A stretch of DNA of 64,000 nucleotides from Bdellovibrionales bacterium (GTDB taxonomy: Bacteria; Bdellovibrionota; UBA1018; CAIMNF01): positions 33,424 through 97,423 of the forward strand of contig JBEIJY010000007.1 of the NCBI GenBank assembly GCA_040380025.1, given 5' to 3'. The notes beneath the pieces are model-generated. The model was not told the origin of the DNA, searched no databases, and worked only from the letters and a program-made list of their open reading frames with translations. A program made the translations under genes and the position numbers. This document shows positions 1-8,713 of this stretch, in pieces. How positions within the stretch are numbered: the stretch's first letter is position 1; each line of letters starts with the position of its first letter.

Positions 1-668
1 ATGAACAACAACACCTTTTGAGCGGACTTCAGGTTCGCTCCGCCGGCAAGAGCCATCGCCCCCGAAAGGACCCCCTCGGGCAGGAGGTGCAGAATCACGC
101 CGATCACCATCAAAAATCCCAGGTGCGGATCGACCGCTTGCACCGAAGACAGCGCGATTCCGTCAAAAAACGAGCAAATCATGAAGCACGCAATCGCCGA
201 GCACACCTCGCCCGTCCCGAGCACTTCCATGTGGGTGTGGCGGTGAAGATGCGCGTGATCGTGCGAGTGCTCGCACTGCACGGCTTCGGCCAGATCGTGA
301 TGCTCATGATGGGTCGCCCCTTCATGGACGCTCGGATCATGGGTTTCGATGTGAGAGAGGGTTTCTTTGTCGGGATGGAAAAACGTCTCGACAAACCGGA
401 GCCGCGGCACCCCGTAGCGTTCAAAGGCGATGACCAGAATCATGCCGAGCAGGGACCACGCAAAGAAGATTCGCGGCCCCCCCGGAAACTGAATCAGATT
501 CTCGGGCAGAAGATCGATGAACAGAAACGCCATCATGAAGCCCGAGGCCACTGCGATGAAGACCTGCAGACGGTCCATGTTGATGTGGCGGCCGGCGCGA
601 CCCATGATGAGCATGCCAAGGACGATCATCGAGAGCGCGATGACGATAGAAAACCCGAGAAGTAGCAT
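1..668 (-). CDS. ZIP (ZupT/GufA) family metal transporter, 3' end runs off the window
   Basis: Not in the ORF track. Manual translation from ATG at 668: MLLLGFSIVIALSMIVLG...IAVASGFMMAFLFIDLLPE, a His-rich loop (THHEHHD...HSHDHAHLHRHTH), CSFFDG, then LHLLPEG; open to the window edge. Confidence 0.85.
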   Translation of the reverse strand, partial: MLLLGFSIVIALSMIVLGMLIMGRAGRHINMDRLQVFIAVASGFMMAFLFIDLLPENLIQFPGGPRIFFAWSLLGMILVIAFERYGVPRLRFVETFFHPDKETLSHIETHDPSVHEGATHHEHHDLAEAVQCEHSHDHAHLHRHTHMEVLGTGEVCSAIACFMICSFFDGIALSSVQAVDPHLGFLMVIGVILHLLPEGVLSGAMALAGGANLKSAQKVLLF

Positions 669-675
669 ATCGAAA

Positions 676-716
676 ATCCTACCGAATTTGACGGGTTCCC
701 GCAATGGCGATAAGAT
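676..716. promoter_or_regulatory. Overlapping divergent sigma70-like promoters
   Basis: Plus: TTGACG(688-693)-N17-TAAGAT(711-716), 10 nt before GTG 727. Minus: TTGCGG(704-699)-N17-TAGGAT(681-676), 7 nt before ATG 668. Confidence 0.65.
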
Positions 717-726
717 CGCCCGCATC

Positions 727-1323
727 GTGAAAGAACCCGCGATTCTCTTTGAATCAAGCGACCTCGTCGCACTCGACAAGCCCCCGGGCTGGCTCAGCAT
801 TCCTGCGCGCGAACCCGCTCCGTCCGATCCGGTGGTCAGCCAGTGGCTCTCCGGCCGCTATGCGGGCGATATCCTGCCCGTTCACCGCCTGGATCGCTTC
901 ACGAGCGGAGTCATGATCTTTGCCCGGAACCGCGATGCCCACCGCACGGCAAACCGCTGGTTCGAGAAGCGCCTTGCAAAAAAGGTCTATCTTTTCCTGG
1001 CCGCGCCCCCTCCCTCCCGCCCGGCGGTGCAAATTCGAAGCGCCATCGACGGCAAGCCCGCTCAGACCTTGTTCGAGATCCTCGAAGCCGCGCAAGACTC
1101 CTTTTTCGGACGGGCGACTCCGCTCACGGGGCGATTCCATCAAATCCGGGTCCATGCCGAAGAGGCGGGATTTCCGCTCCTCGGGGACCGGACCCACGGC
1201 GGAAGGGAGGCCCACCGGGTCTGCCTCCATGCGCATGAGCTGGACACCCCGGCCGGAACCTTCACCGCGCCCTGGCCCGAGGATCTGGCTGTTCTTTGGA
1301 GGCAACTCAAACATGGTGCATGA
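727..1323 (+). CDS. RluA-family RNA pseudouridine synthase
   Basis: DKPPGW, catalytic HRLDRFTSG, TGRFHQIRVH, PLLGD and LHA motifs; GTG start chosen from the promoter position. Confidence 0.92.
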   Translation: MKEPAILFESSDLVALDKPPGWLSIPAREPAPSDPVVSQWLSGRYAGDILPVHRLDRFTSGVMIFARNRDAHRTANRWFEKRLAKKVYLFLAAPPPSRPAVQIRSAIDGKPAQTLFEILEAAQDSFFGRATPLTGRFHQIRVHAEEAGFPLLGDRTHGGREAHRVCLHAHELDTPAGTFTAPWPEDLAVLWRQLKHGA

Positions 1324-2278
1324 AATCCTGAAATCCGCGATTGATCTTCGCAAGAGCCTTGGCGTCTTGAACTCCACCGAAGCGGTTCGTTTGTTTTACG
1401 GGCCCGGAGAGACCGATCATCCTGCACTTAAGCACTTGGCCATTGATCAGTTCTCGGATCAGTTCTGGATCACGATGTGGAACCCGGCCGGTGCCGCGGC
1501 CTTGCCCGAGGTGGAGCGGTTTATCACCACCGGCCTTGCGGGAGCGGTTCGCGCGATCGTTCTCATGGATCGCTCCGAGATCGCGACCGATGCCGAGGTC
1601 CGGACGATCGCCGGCACGCCGCGCCCGGGACGCTTTGCGGTTCGGGAATTCGGAATCCCCTACCTCGTGCAGATGGAATCGACCAAGCACCCGGGGCTGT
1701 TTTTGGATCACGCGCCCTTGCGCGCGTGGCTCAAAGAAACCCAGCGGGAAAAAACCGTGCTGAATCTTTTCGCGTACACCGGAAGCCTCTCGGTTGCGGC
1801 CGGAGTCTCGGGCGCCGCAAAAGTCACGACGATCGATCTTTCCAAACCCACGGTGGAATGGGCGAAAGAGAACTGGCTCCATGCCGGGCTTTCTTCGGAA
1901 CGCGGCGAGTTCCTTTCGGGGGATGTCTTTGAGTGGCTTCCGCGGCTCCGAAAACGAGGCGCCCTGTACGATACGATTCTTTGTGATCCGCCCTCGTTCT
2001 CGCGCTCCAAGACCGGAACATTCTCGACCCGCAAGGACTCCGCGCGCCTGCACGAGGCGATCCTCCCGCTCCTTCGAACCGGAGGAATCCTCATCACCTC
2101 GATCAACTCCGAGAACCACCCCGAAGCGGCATTCCTGCGCGACATCGAGACGGCCGCAAAGAACACGGATTGCACCCTCCGGGTGCTCTGGCGGGTGGAT
2201 CTTCCCCCCACCTTCCCGACCGGAATGAACCTGACCGAGCGGTATTTGAAGGGGTTTGCGTTGGTGAGGCAGCGGTGA
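1313..2278 (+). CDS. Class I SAM-dependent rRNA methyltransferase (RlmI/RlmK-like)
   Basis: GLFLDH, VLNLFAYTGSLSV, DVFEWL and YDTILCDPPSF motifs; overlaps the upstream stop. Confidence 0.88.
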   Translation: MVHEILKSAIDLRKSLGVLNSTEAVRLFYGPGETDHPALKHLAIDQFSDQFWITMWNPAGAAALPEVERFITTGLAGAVRAIVLMDRSEIATDAEVRTIAGTPRPGRFAVREFGIPYLVQMESTKHPGLFLDHAPLRAWLKETQREKTVLNLFAYTGSLSVAAGVSGAAKVTTIDLSKPTVEWAKENWLHAGLSSERGEFLSGDVFEWLPRLRKRGALYDTILCDPPSFSRSKTGTFSTRKDSARLHEAILPLLRTGGILITSINSENHPEAAFLRDIETAAKNTDCTLRVLWRVDLPPTFPTGMNLTERYLKGFALVRQR

Positions 2279-2295
2279 GGTAGCGGTGAGGCAGT
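2263..2295 (+). repeat. 11-bp tandem repeat x3
   Basis: GGTGAGGCAGC GGTGAGGTAGC GGTGAGGCAGT across the methyltransferase stop codon. Confidence 0.75.
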
Positions 2296-2369
2296 GACCA
2301 AAACTTGAACACCCCCGGCCCCGGGTGGTCATTTTGCGGGATTTTCCTGCCATTTAAGGGACTTTTGCA

Positions 2370-2385
2370 TGGCACGGCTTTCGCT
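2370..2385 (+). promoter_or_regulatory. Putative sigma54 -24/-12 promoter
   Basis: TGGCACGGCTTTCGCT versus consensus TGGCACG-N4-TTGCW, upstream of the SD and ATG 2414. Confidence 0.6.
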
Positions 2386-2413
2386 CTATCAGGGGGGAGA
2401 GGTCCTGAGAGCC

Positions 2414-2836
2414 ATGAAGAAGATCCATCTTTTCAGTTTATTCGTTGTGATCGTAGCATCACTGTTCACCCTGAACTCGCTTGCGGCGACGAGAATGAAA
2501 ATCCATGTACTCGACAACCTCTCGGCGAAAGAATCCCAGTTCATGCTGAAAGCCCTGGCAAAACTCGGCTATGAGGCTTCCCCGTCGCCCCTTTTCACCG
2601 AATCGACCCACGCACTGGTGATCACCAAGGTACTGGGCCCGGCGCTCGAGACCGAGAGCTTGTCGCTCGAAGTGCTAGAGCTGAAAAAGAACGAGCCTCT
2701 GCCGAAAACGCTTTTTCAGGTCAAATCAAACGAAAAAAGCCTCGAAGGACTATTGAAGCAAGCCCCGTCCTCGGATGAGGTGAAGAATCTTTCTGATGCC
2801 CGCGCGGCAGTTACGCCTGTGGCTGCTCTGAAGTAG
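2414..2836 (+). CDS. Hypothetical exported protein
   Basis: Signal peptide MKKIHLFSLFVVIVASLFTLNSLA; GGAGAGG SD. Confidence 0.75.
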   Translation: MKKIHLFSLFVVIVASLFTLNSLAATRMKIHVLDNLSAKESQFMLKALAKLGYEASPSPLFTESTHALVITKVLGPALETESLSLEVLELKKNEPLPKTLFQVKSNEKSLEGLLKQAPSSDEVKNLSDARAAVTPVAALK

Positions 2837-3587
2837 CGGGAACTTCTGCGACGGTGACCGGAGCCGGGGCTGACCCCGGAAGAGTCGTTGCCGACTGCCC
2901 CTTCAGCACCAAACGGAGCTCGCCCGCCCCACGGGGACCGCGCGGAGCTCCTGATCTTTTTTCAGCGCTTTTTGCTTCTGGATTTCGGGGACGATCGGCT
3001 CGCGGTGCACGCGGAGGGCGAGGTGCCCTGGGCGGGCGGGGCGCGACGGTTCCCGCTCCCGGTGCCACAGCCCCGGAGGCATTCCCCACCTGAAACGAAC
3101 CCTCGGCCGGACGGGCGGGCTTGTTCTCAAACCGGTCTCCCCGTGCGGGGCGATCACTGCGTGCAGGACGATCTCCGCGATCGGGACGGCCACCGGGTCC
3201 GGAACGATCGGGACGGCCGCCACGGGAGCGATCCCCGCGGCCCTTCCGGAAATCCCGATCCGACGACTCACGCGAAACTCCGCGAGAGTTCGCATCCGGA
3301 AAATACTCCACCAGATAAAAATGGCCTTCCCGCTCGATGTAGGATTCGGGGACCTTTTCTTCCTCGGCGGACTTCAACGCCACCACGACGCGCTTCACGC
3401 GATCCATCCGGGAACTGGTCATGTCGACCACGTTTTTGTAAAAACCGGCCTTGGCCTCATCGAGCTTCATGTGCTCCTGAAGGGCCGCCTGAACCTCTTC
3501 TTCGGTCTTACCTTCGGCGAGAAGTGCGGTTTTTTTGATTTGGGCGTCCTTGAGGGTGAATCCCGAGAATTCCGTGAGAGTTTTCAT
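2811..3587 (-). CDS. Hypothetical protein, folded N-terminus plus Arg/Gly/Pro-rich disordered tail
   Basis: Starts MKTLTEFSGFTLK; promoter TTGACT(3626-3621)-N17-TAGATT(3603-3598) lies 10 nt upstream. Confidence 0.75.
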   Translation of the reverse strand: MKTLTEFSGFTLKDAQIKKTALLAEGKTEEEVQAALQEHMKLDEAKAGFYKNVVDMTSSRMDRVKRVVVALKSAEEEKVPESYIEREGHFYLVEYFPDANSRGVSRESSDRDFRKGRGDRSRGGRPDRSGPGGRPDRGDRPARSDRPARGDRFENKPARPAEGSFQVGNASGAVAPGAGTVAPRPPRAPRPPRAPRADRPRNPEAKSAEKRSGAPRGPRGAGELRLVLKGQSATTLPGSAPAPVTVAEVPATSEQPQA

Positions 3588-3713
3588 AGAGTTCTGGAAT
3601 CTAGGCCAGTTCCCGGGCAAAGTCAAACTGGGGGTGCCCGCGATCGGGCCCGCACAGCGGGCAGCTCATTAAATCTTTCTATTTCGCGCTGATTCCTCTA
3701 TGATCGGGCTTCT

Positions 3714-4562
3714 ATGAGCATGGTGTATTTCATCCCGTCCTCGCAAAGAAAAATCGCTCTCGCAGCCGCCCAGGCCGAGGACGAACCCGTCCTCATCATC
3801 GGCGGAACCGGAACCGGAAAAGGCGCCCTCGCAAACTGGATCCACAAGAACAGTCCCCGTGCGGCCCAGACCTGCATCCTCGCAACCCGGGAGCGTACCC
3901 TGGCCGAACAGATCCGGGAATGCAATGGGGGAACGCTGATCGTGGACGACATCGTGAACTACCCCATGGCCGAACAAATGGTCATTCTGAATTTCTTGAA
4001 GACGAAGGCCGTGCACCAGACCCAAAAAGGAATGCCTGCCGTTCCCATGATCGCGAACGTGCGGATCATCGCGACCGCCGCTCCGCAGATCGACTCGCGC
4101 GCCCGCGCGGGAATGTTCAACGACGAGCTTTTGTTGCGACTGAGCAAGAATCGCATCGAGATGCCGAATCTCTCGGAGCGCCTGAACGAGTTCGAGGACA
4201 TCGCGATGGGCATCTTGCAGGAAATCACGCAGGAACTGCACAAGGAATACATCAAGGGATTCTCCGAGACCGCATGGCGGAAGCTCCGTGACTATGACTG
4301 GCCCGGAAACCTCCGCGAGCTCCGAAACGTTCTTCGCATGGCGACGGTGGCGTGCGAATCCGAACGCGTCGAGATCAAGGACCTTCCCGACTTCGGTCAC
4401 GACAAGATCGACTTTCAGGCCACGCGTTCCGAGTTCGAACGCATCTATTTGAGCGAGCTGCTGAAGAGCTTCAATCACGACCTCGACAAGGTCGCGCGCG
4501 CGGCGCGGATGGAGCGAGTGGTTCTTCTCGAGAAGCTGAAGCTTCTCGGGCTCATGCACTGA
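3714..4562 (+). CDS. Degenerate sigma54-interaction (bEBP AAA+) protein with Fis-type HTH
   Basis: PVLIIGGTGTGK, NVRIIAT, YDWPGNLRELRN and C-terminal HTH; no GAFTGA and no receiver domain. Confidence 0.8.
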   Translation: MSMVYFIPSSQRKIALAAAQAEDEPVLIIGGTGTGKGALANWIHKNSPRAAQTCILATRERTLAEQIRECNGGTLIVDDIVNYPMAEQMVILNFLKTKAVHQTQKGMPAVPMIANVRIIATAAPQIDSRARAGMFNDELLLRLSKNRIEMPNLSERLNEFEDIAMGILQEITQELHKEYIKGFSETAWRKLRDYDWPGNLRELRNVLRMATVACESERVEIKDLPDFGHDKIDFQATRSEFERIYLSELLKSFNHDLDKVARAARMERVVLLEKLKLLGLMH

Positions 4563-4569
4563 GACCGGC

Positions 4570-5100
4570 TCAGCCGGCTTTTTTCGTGCCCGGACGGGTG
4601 AATTTCCGGACTTCGCGCTCGCCCGATGCCATGAGCTTCAGCTGGTAGCGCTGATCGAACTTTCCGCCGGAGTGGCGGTTGCAACAAGCCGCGCAGGCGG
4701 CAACCGGAAATCGTTTTCTCACGAACACCCGCTGACCGCAGGTTCCGCACTCATAGCAATGCCGGAACGGCCGGTGTCTCGGCACCGGATTGTAGCGGCT
4801 CACGCCGAGTTCCTGCATTTTCTCGTAGAACAAGTGCGTGTGCCCGTAAGGAAGATTCTTGTGGAAGAGCCAGTAGTGGATCATCTCGTGCCCGAGCGTG
4901 TCGCGGATCAGCGCCTCCGCCTCCTTCTCTTCCCGAAGATAGGCCGCGATCTCGATGACACAAAGACCGGGATCGGGAATGAATCGTCCGGCCGTGCTTC
5001 GAAGCCGCGGATTCCACCGGACCTCGGGGAGCGGAAGCTCCCCTTTGAACGCGGATCCATTCCACTCTCTGAACATCCTGATCAGATCAAAGTCTCTCAT
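4570..5100 (-). CDS. SprT-like zinc metalloprotease
   Basis: WNPRLRSTAGRF, TLGHEMIH, YGHTHLF, and C-terminal CxxC...CxxC zinc ribbon. Confidence 0.88.
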   Translation of the reverse strand: MRDFDLIRMFREWNGSAFKGELPLPEVRWNPRLRSTAGRFIPDPGLCVIEIAAYLREEKEAEALIRDTLGHEMIHYWLFHKNLPYGHTHLFYEKMQELGVSRYNPVPRHRPFRHCYECGTCGQRVFVRKRFPVAACAACCNRHSGGKFDQRYQLKLMASGEREVRKFTRPGTKKAG

Positions 5101-5172
5101 CCTGAAACAGGATAAGACATCCGGGTTTTTACACAATTGTAGTTTATTTGACTCGGCAAAACCTGCCCCGGA

Positions 5173-5188
5173 CGGCACGGATCGTGCT
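5173..5188 (+). promoter_or_regulatory. Putative sigma54 promoter
   Basis: CGGCACGGATCGTGCT with GG-N10-GC spacing, upstream of GGAGG SD and ATG 5217. Confidence 0.5.
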
Positions 5189-5216
5189 CGTCCTGCGTTG
5201 AACGGAGGAAGCCCCG

Positions 5217-5828
5217 ATGAAGCAGGCCTTTGCCATGATTGTGTTTTTTCTGCCCCTTTCCGCCACTGCCGAAGGGTTGACGGTCGCGTCCGAGTGGTCG
5301 ACCGAGGCCCATCACCGTCTGATCCGGGCCGCGTTCGAGGGCGAATCCGGGGATTGCCTGGGACAAATCGAATCCGGAAGCGACGATGTCGACCGGCCCT
5401 CGAATCAGGGCCCGGGGAACTCCTATCTGCATGCGATGCGATCGCCCGACGAGACCGTCGAACAAGCGCGCTCGGCCATGGCCCGCTTCGTACGCCGCGA
5501 GTACGAGATCGCCATTCGCATCGCAAGGGAATCGCGCGATCCGGATCCGATTCCCCTGCTGCAGTCTTGTTTTCATCGGGGCAGGGCGCTTCATCCGATG
5601 ATGGACATCACCTCACCCGCGCATGCGGGATTCCGGATCTGGTCCCCTTGGAACATTCTCGAAATGCTCCGTCACGGATCGTTCCTGACCTCGATCGAAG
5701 ATGCCGAAGATCTCCTTCAAAGTCCCGACCGCTTCAAAAAAACCATCGGTCTCATGCGGGCGGTGGATCAGGTGTACCGAAAACTCGGATTTCTGGATTT
5801 CCTGTTCGACGGATCCGACTCACACTGA
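5217..5828 (+). CDS. Secreted phospholipase C/P1-nuclease-fold zinc protein (putative)
   Basis: Signal peptide, then WSTEAHH, D, HAMR and GRALHPMMDITSPAH. Confidence 0.6.
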   Translation: MKQAFAMIVFFLPLSATAEGLTVASEWSTEAHHRLIRAAFEGESGDCLGQIESGSDDVDRPSNQGPGNSYLHAMRSPDETVEQARSAMARFVRREYEIAIRIARESRDPDPIPLLQSCFHRGRALHPMMDITSPAHAGFRIWSPWNILEMLRHGSFLTSIEDAEDLLQSPDRFKKTIGLMRAVDQVYRKLGFLDFLFDGSDSH

Positions 5829-8267
5829 GAACCGGACAAGCGTCGCGCCGCCGCTTCCCGCGTCCTGATACACAGCCACGTAATTCGTGGTCTTCAGGAG
5901 CGAGCGCACCCCCTCACGGAGGGCGCCGGTTCCGAGTCCATGAACGATCGTCACCTCGTTCTTGCCTGCTCGGAATGCGCGATCGAGATACCCCGAAACC
6001 TCCCGCATCGCGTCTTCGAGGCGCTGGCCCCGAAGGTCGATCTGATCGGCGACGGGACCGGGATCGGCCGCCTGCACGGTCACGTTTTTTCTGATCTGGC
6101 CCGATTGTCCCGCCCGGACTCCGAGAACGGTCCGTTTCTCGAGTTCAGAGAGGGGCTCCATCTCGGCCGGATACACGGTCACCACGAAGGCCTTTCCGAG
6201 GCCCCCGCCTCCCGTTCCGGCTCCGAGAGCCACACGGGCTCTCTTGCCGTCCCACTCTACGATTTCGCCGACGTTCTTCCACTTCGGGACCCGGACCCAC
6301 TGCCCGGTATGGAACTCCACCACGACCGAGGGAATCGGGGCGTCGCCGCCGATCGCATCGAGCAGCTCGGGCGAGGCCTCGCCGATCGAAGCATCGAGGC
6401 GTTTTTCGCCGGACTGAAACACCTCGTTCAATTCTTCTCTCACCTCGTCCAGGGTCTTGCCGCTCCGGCCGGATTGGATTTTTTTCAGGGTCTCGCGGAC
6501 TTCGATCTGCGCCATCTCGAGCACATGCTTCAGTTTCTGCCGCGCTTTTTCGAGCGATTCATTCACCGTGCTCCGGACGCGTTCCTCCCACTCGAGCTTG
6601 AGCTTTGCCGCCTCTTCCTTCATCTGGGCCGCCTCGCGATGGGCTTTTTCGACCGTACCGAGACGCTCCTGCAATTGCTGGAGCACCGATTCGACGATCT
6701 CGTGCTCTTTCGAAAGATGGGTCTTCGCAAGATCGAGCACGGCCTTCGGGATTCCGAGCCGCTCAGCGGTTTCGAGCGCGCGCGACCTTCCGGGCGCGCC
6801 GAACACCACCCGATACGTGGGCTTCAGGGTCTCTTCGTCAAACACAATGCTGGCACTCAGGACTCTTCGATCGGACAGCCCCATGGCCTTCAGTTTCGGG
6901 TCATGGGTGGTTGCGACCAGAACCGCACCCTCGACCTCGAGCACGGTCTTCACGAAAGCAAGGGCGAGCGCCGCCCCCTCCTCGGGATCGGTGGCCGAGT
7001 TCATCTCGTCGATCAGGACAAGGCTCCCGGGGCCGATGTTCTCGAGAATGCGCTTCATCTTGAGCACATGGCCCGAGAAGGACGAGATGTGCTCCTCGAT
7101 CGATTGCGGATCGCCGAGATCGATGAAAAAAGAATCGAAGAACGGAACCTGGATTTTCCCCGTGCCGGGATAGAAGAAACCGGTGCGGGCGCAGATCGCA
7201 GAAAGTCCCAAGGTCTTCAGGAGCACGGTTTTCCCGCCGGTATTGGGACCCGACAGGAGAATCATCTGCCGGCCCTCTTCGAGTTCGATCGTGTTGCGGA
7301 CGATCTCCTGCTCGGGAAGATTCCAGAAGAGCACGGGATTCGCCGTCTCCTGAAGCATCCACTCGCGGGCCTCGCTGATCGCAACGGGTCTGCCGCCGTA
7401 GCGCTTCGCGATCCGCGCGCGCGCCTGCACGGCATCCCAGTAGCCGATCACCCCGACCGAGGCGGTGATCGGATCCGAATACGGCTGGAGTTCGCGCGAA
7501 ACGGCCGTCAGGATCACGAAGATCTCCTGGCTGATTTCGGCCTCGATCCGCCGGAGCCGGGACTGGAGTTGCTCCACTTCGGCGGGCTCGATGAACACAG
7601 TCTGGCGGCTCACCGAGAATTCGGCCACCCGGCCCTCGACCTTGCTTTGATCCGACACCCGGACCGGGAGCACATACCGCCCGTCGCGCACATCCGAATA
7701 GTTCTCTTGCAAGACCCCCTTCGATTCGTACTCCCGAAGAAGCGAGTCCATTTTGCTTCCGATCTCACGGCGGAGATCGCGCGCCTGCGAAAGAAGGGAG
7801 CCGAGCTTGGAGGAGGCCTTTTCAGAGAGCTCGCCCGCCGGAGTCAGCACGCGGTCGAGCGTTCGCAGACAATCGTGCGGAGAGAAAAGCGAAAGGAGCG
7901 CGCCCTTGAAGAACTTGCCGGCCAGCTCTTTCGGAAAATGTCCCCAGGAGTCCATCGCGTACAACCAGGACCGGATCCGCACGAGCGCCGCGACCTCGAG
8001 AATCGATCCGCGCTCGAGATTCTCCAGATCCTCGTCCACCGGAAGAAGCCCGAGGAGCGGACCCCAGAGGGCCGATCGCTCGAGAATCTGCGCCATTTCG
8101 GCGGTCTCGGCCTGAAGCTCGCGGGCCCGGGCCGGAGTCGGTGCGAACGAATCCACCGCACCGAGCGCGAGAATGCGCGCTTTTCCGTACGGTGTGCGTG
8201 CCTCGCCCGAGGCAAGATCCAGAAGTTTCGGCCAGTCGAGATCTTCGAAGGGTGCGCGGGAATTCAT
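5820..8267 (-). CDS. mutS2: MutS2 (ATPase plus Smr domain)
   Basis: SGPNTGGKT, SSFSGH, LIDEMNSATDPEEG, ATTH; C-terminal Smr IDLRG...IVHGLGTG. Confidence 0.95.
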   Translation of the reverse strand: MNSRAPFEDLDWPKLLDLASGEARTPYGKARILALGAVDSFAPTPARARELQAETAEMAQILERSALWGPLLGLLPVDEDLENLERGSILEVAALVRIRSWLYAMDSWGHFPKELAGKFFKGALLSLFSPHDCLRTLDRVLTPAGELSEKASSKLGSLLSQARDLRREIGSKMDSLLREYESKGVLQENYSDVRDGRYVLPVRVSDQSKVEGRVAEFSVSRQTVFIEPAEVEQLQSRLRRIEAEISQEIFVILTAVSRELQPYSDPITASVGVIGYWDAVQARARIAKRYGGRPVAISEAREWMLQETANPVLFWNLPEQEIVRNTIELEEGRQMILLSGPNTGGKTVLLKTLGLSAICARTGFFYPGTGKIQVPFFDSFFIDLGDPQSIEEHISSFSGHVLKMKRILENIGPGSLVLIDEMNSATDPEEGAALALAFVKTVLEVEGAVLVATTHDPKLKAMGLSDRRVLSASIVFDEETLKPTYRVVFGAPGRSRALETAERLGIPKAVLDLAKTHLSKEHEIVESVLQQLQERLGTVEKAHREAAQMKEEAAKLKLEWEERVRSTVNESLEKARQKLKHVLEMAQIEVRETLKKIQSGRSGKTLDEVREELNEVFQSGEKRLDASIGEASPELLDAIGGDAPIPSVVVEFHTGQWVRVPKWKNVGEIVEWDGKRARVALGAGTGGGGLGKAFVVTVYPAEMEPLSELEKRTVLGVRAGQSGQIRKNVTVQAADPGPVADQIDLRGQRLEDAMREVSGYLDRAFRAGKNEVTIVHGLGTGALREGVRSLLKTTNYVAVYQDAGSGGATLVRFSV

Positions 8268-8713
8268 CGAGGCAAAAGATAGCACGAGAAGCGCCGGAGC
8301 GCACCCCGCTGGGCTTCGAAACCGATCCGGCGCTCCGCCTCTTCGATCGAAACCCATTCGAAAGCCTCGTGCTCGCCCGGGTCGAGGGCGGGACTGCTCT
8401 CGACCGGAAGAATGAATCCGAATGCGTGTTCTTCGGCGGGCCCGAAACGGCCCTGAAAGCGATGGGAGAACCGAAGATCGATCCACTCCCCTTGCTCGGG
8501 GCGGAAGCCGGTCTCCTCACAGAGCTCGCGCTTCGCTCCTTCGGCAAACGATTCCCCCGGATCGACTCCGCCGGTCACGGGATGCCAGCCGCCCCCACGC
8601 TTTCCGATCACCCGAAAAAGCAGGATCCGCGGCTCTCCGCGGGCATCTCCGCCTGCGTCCGGGGCGGCGCGGACACCGATCCAGACCTGGGCTTTTTCAG
8701 ATCGGTTCGACAA
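8264..8713 (-). CDS. NUDIX hydrolase (NudB-like)
   Basis: WHPVTGGVDPGESFAEGAKRELCEETG Nudix box and EHEAFEW; TTG start uncertain. Confidence 0.82.
   Translation of the reverse strand: MSNRSEKAQVWIGVRAAPDAGGDARGEPRILLFRVIGKRGGGWHPVTGGVDPGESFAEGAKRELCEETGFRPEQGEWIDLRFSHRFQGRFGPAEEHAFGFILPVESSPALDPGEHEAFEWVSIEEAERRIGFEAQRGALRRFSCYLLPR

Noticed and set aside
18..665. 215-aa plus-strand ORF
   Set aside because: Antisense shadow of the ZIP transporter.
5940..8282. Long antisense ORFs (also 11786-13564, 25946-27739, 39102-40844, 53603-55693, 58710-60017)
   Set aside because: They mirror well-conserved genes; expected from high-GC codon bias; no motifs.
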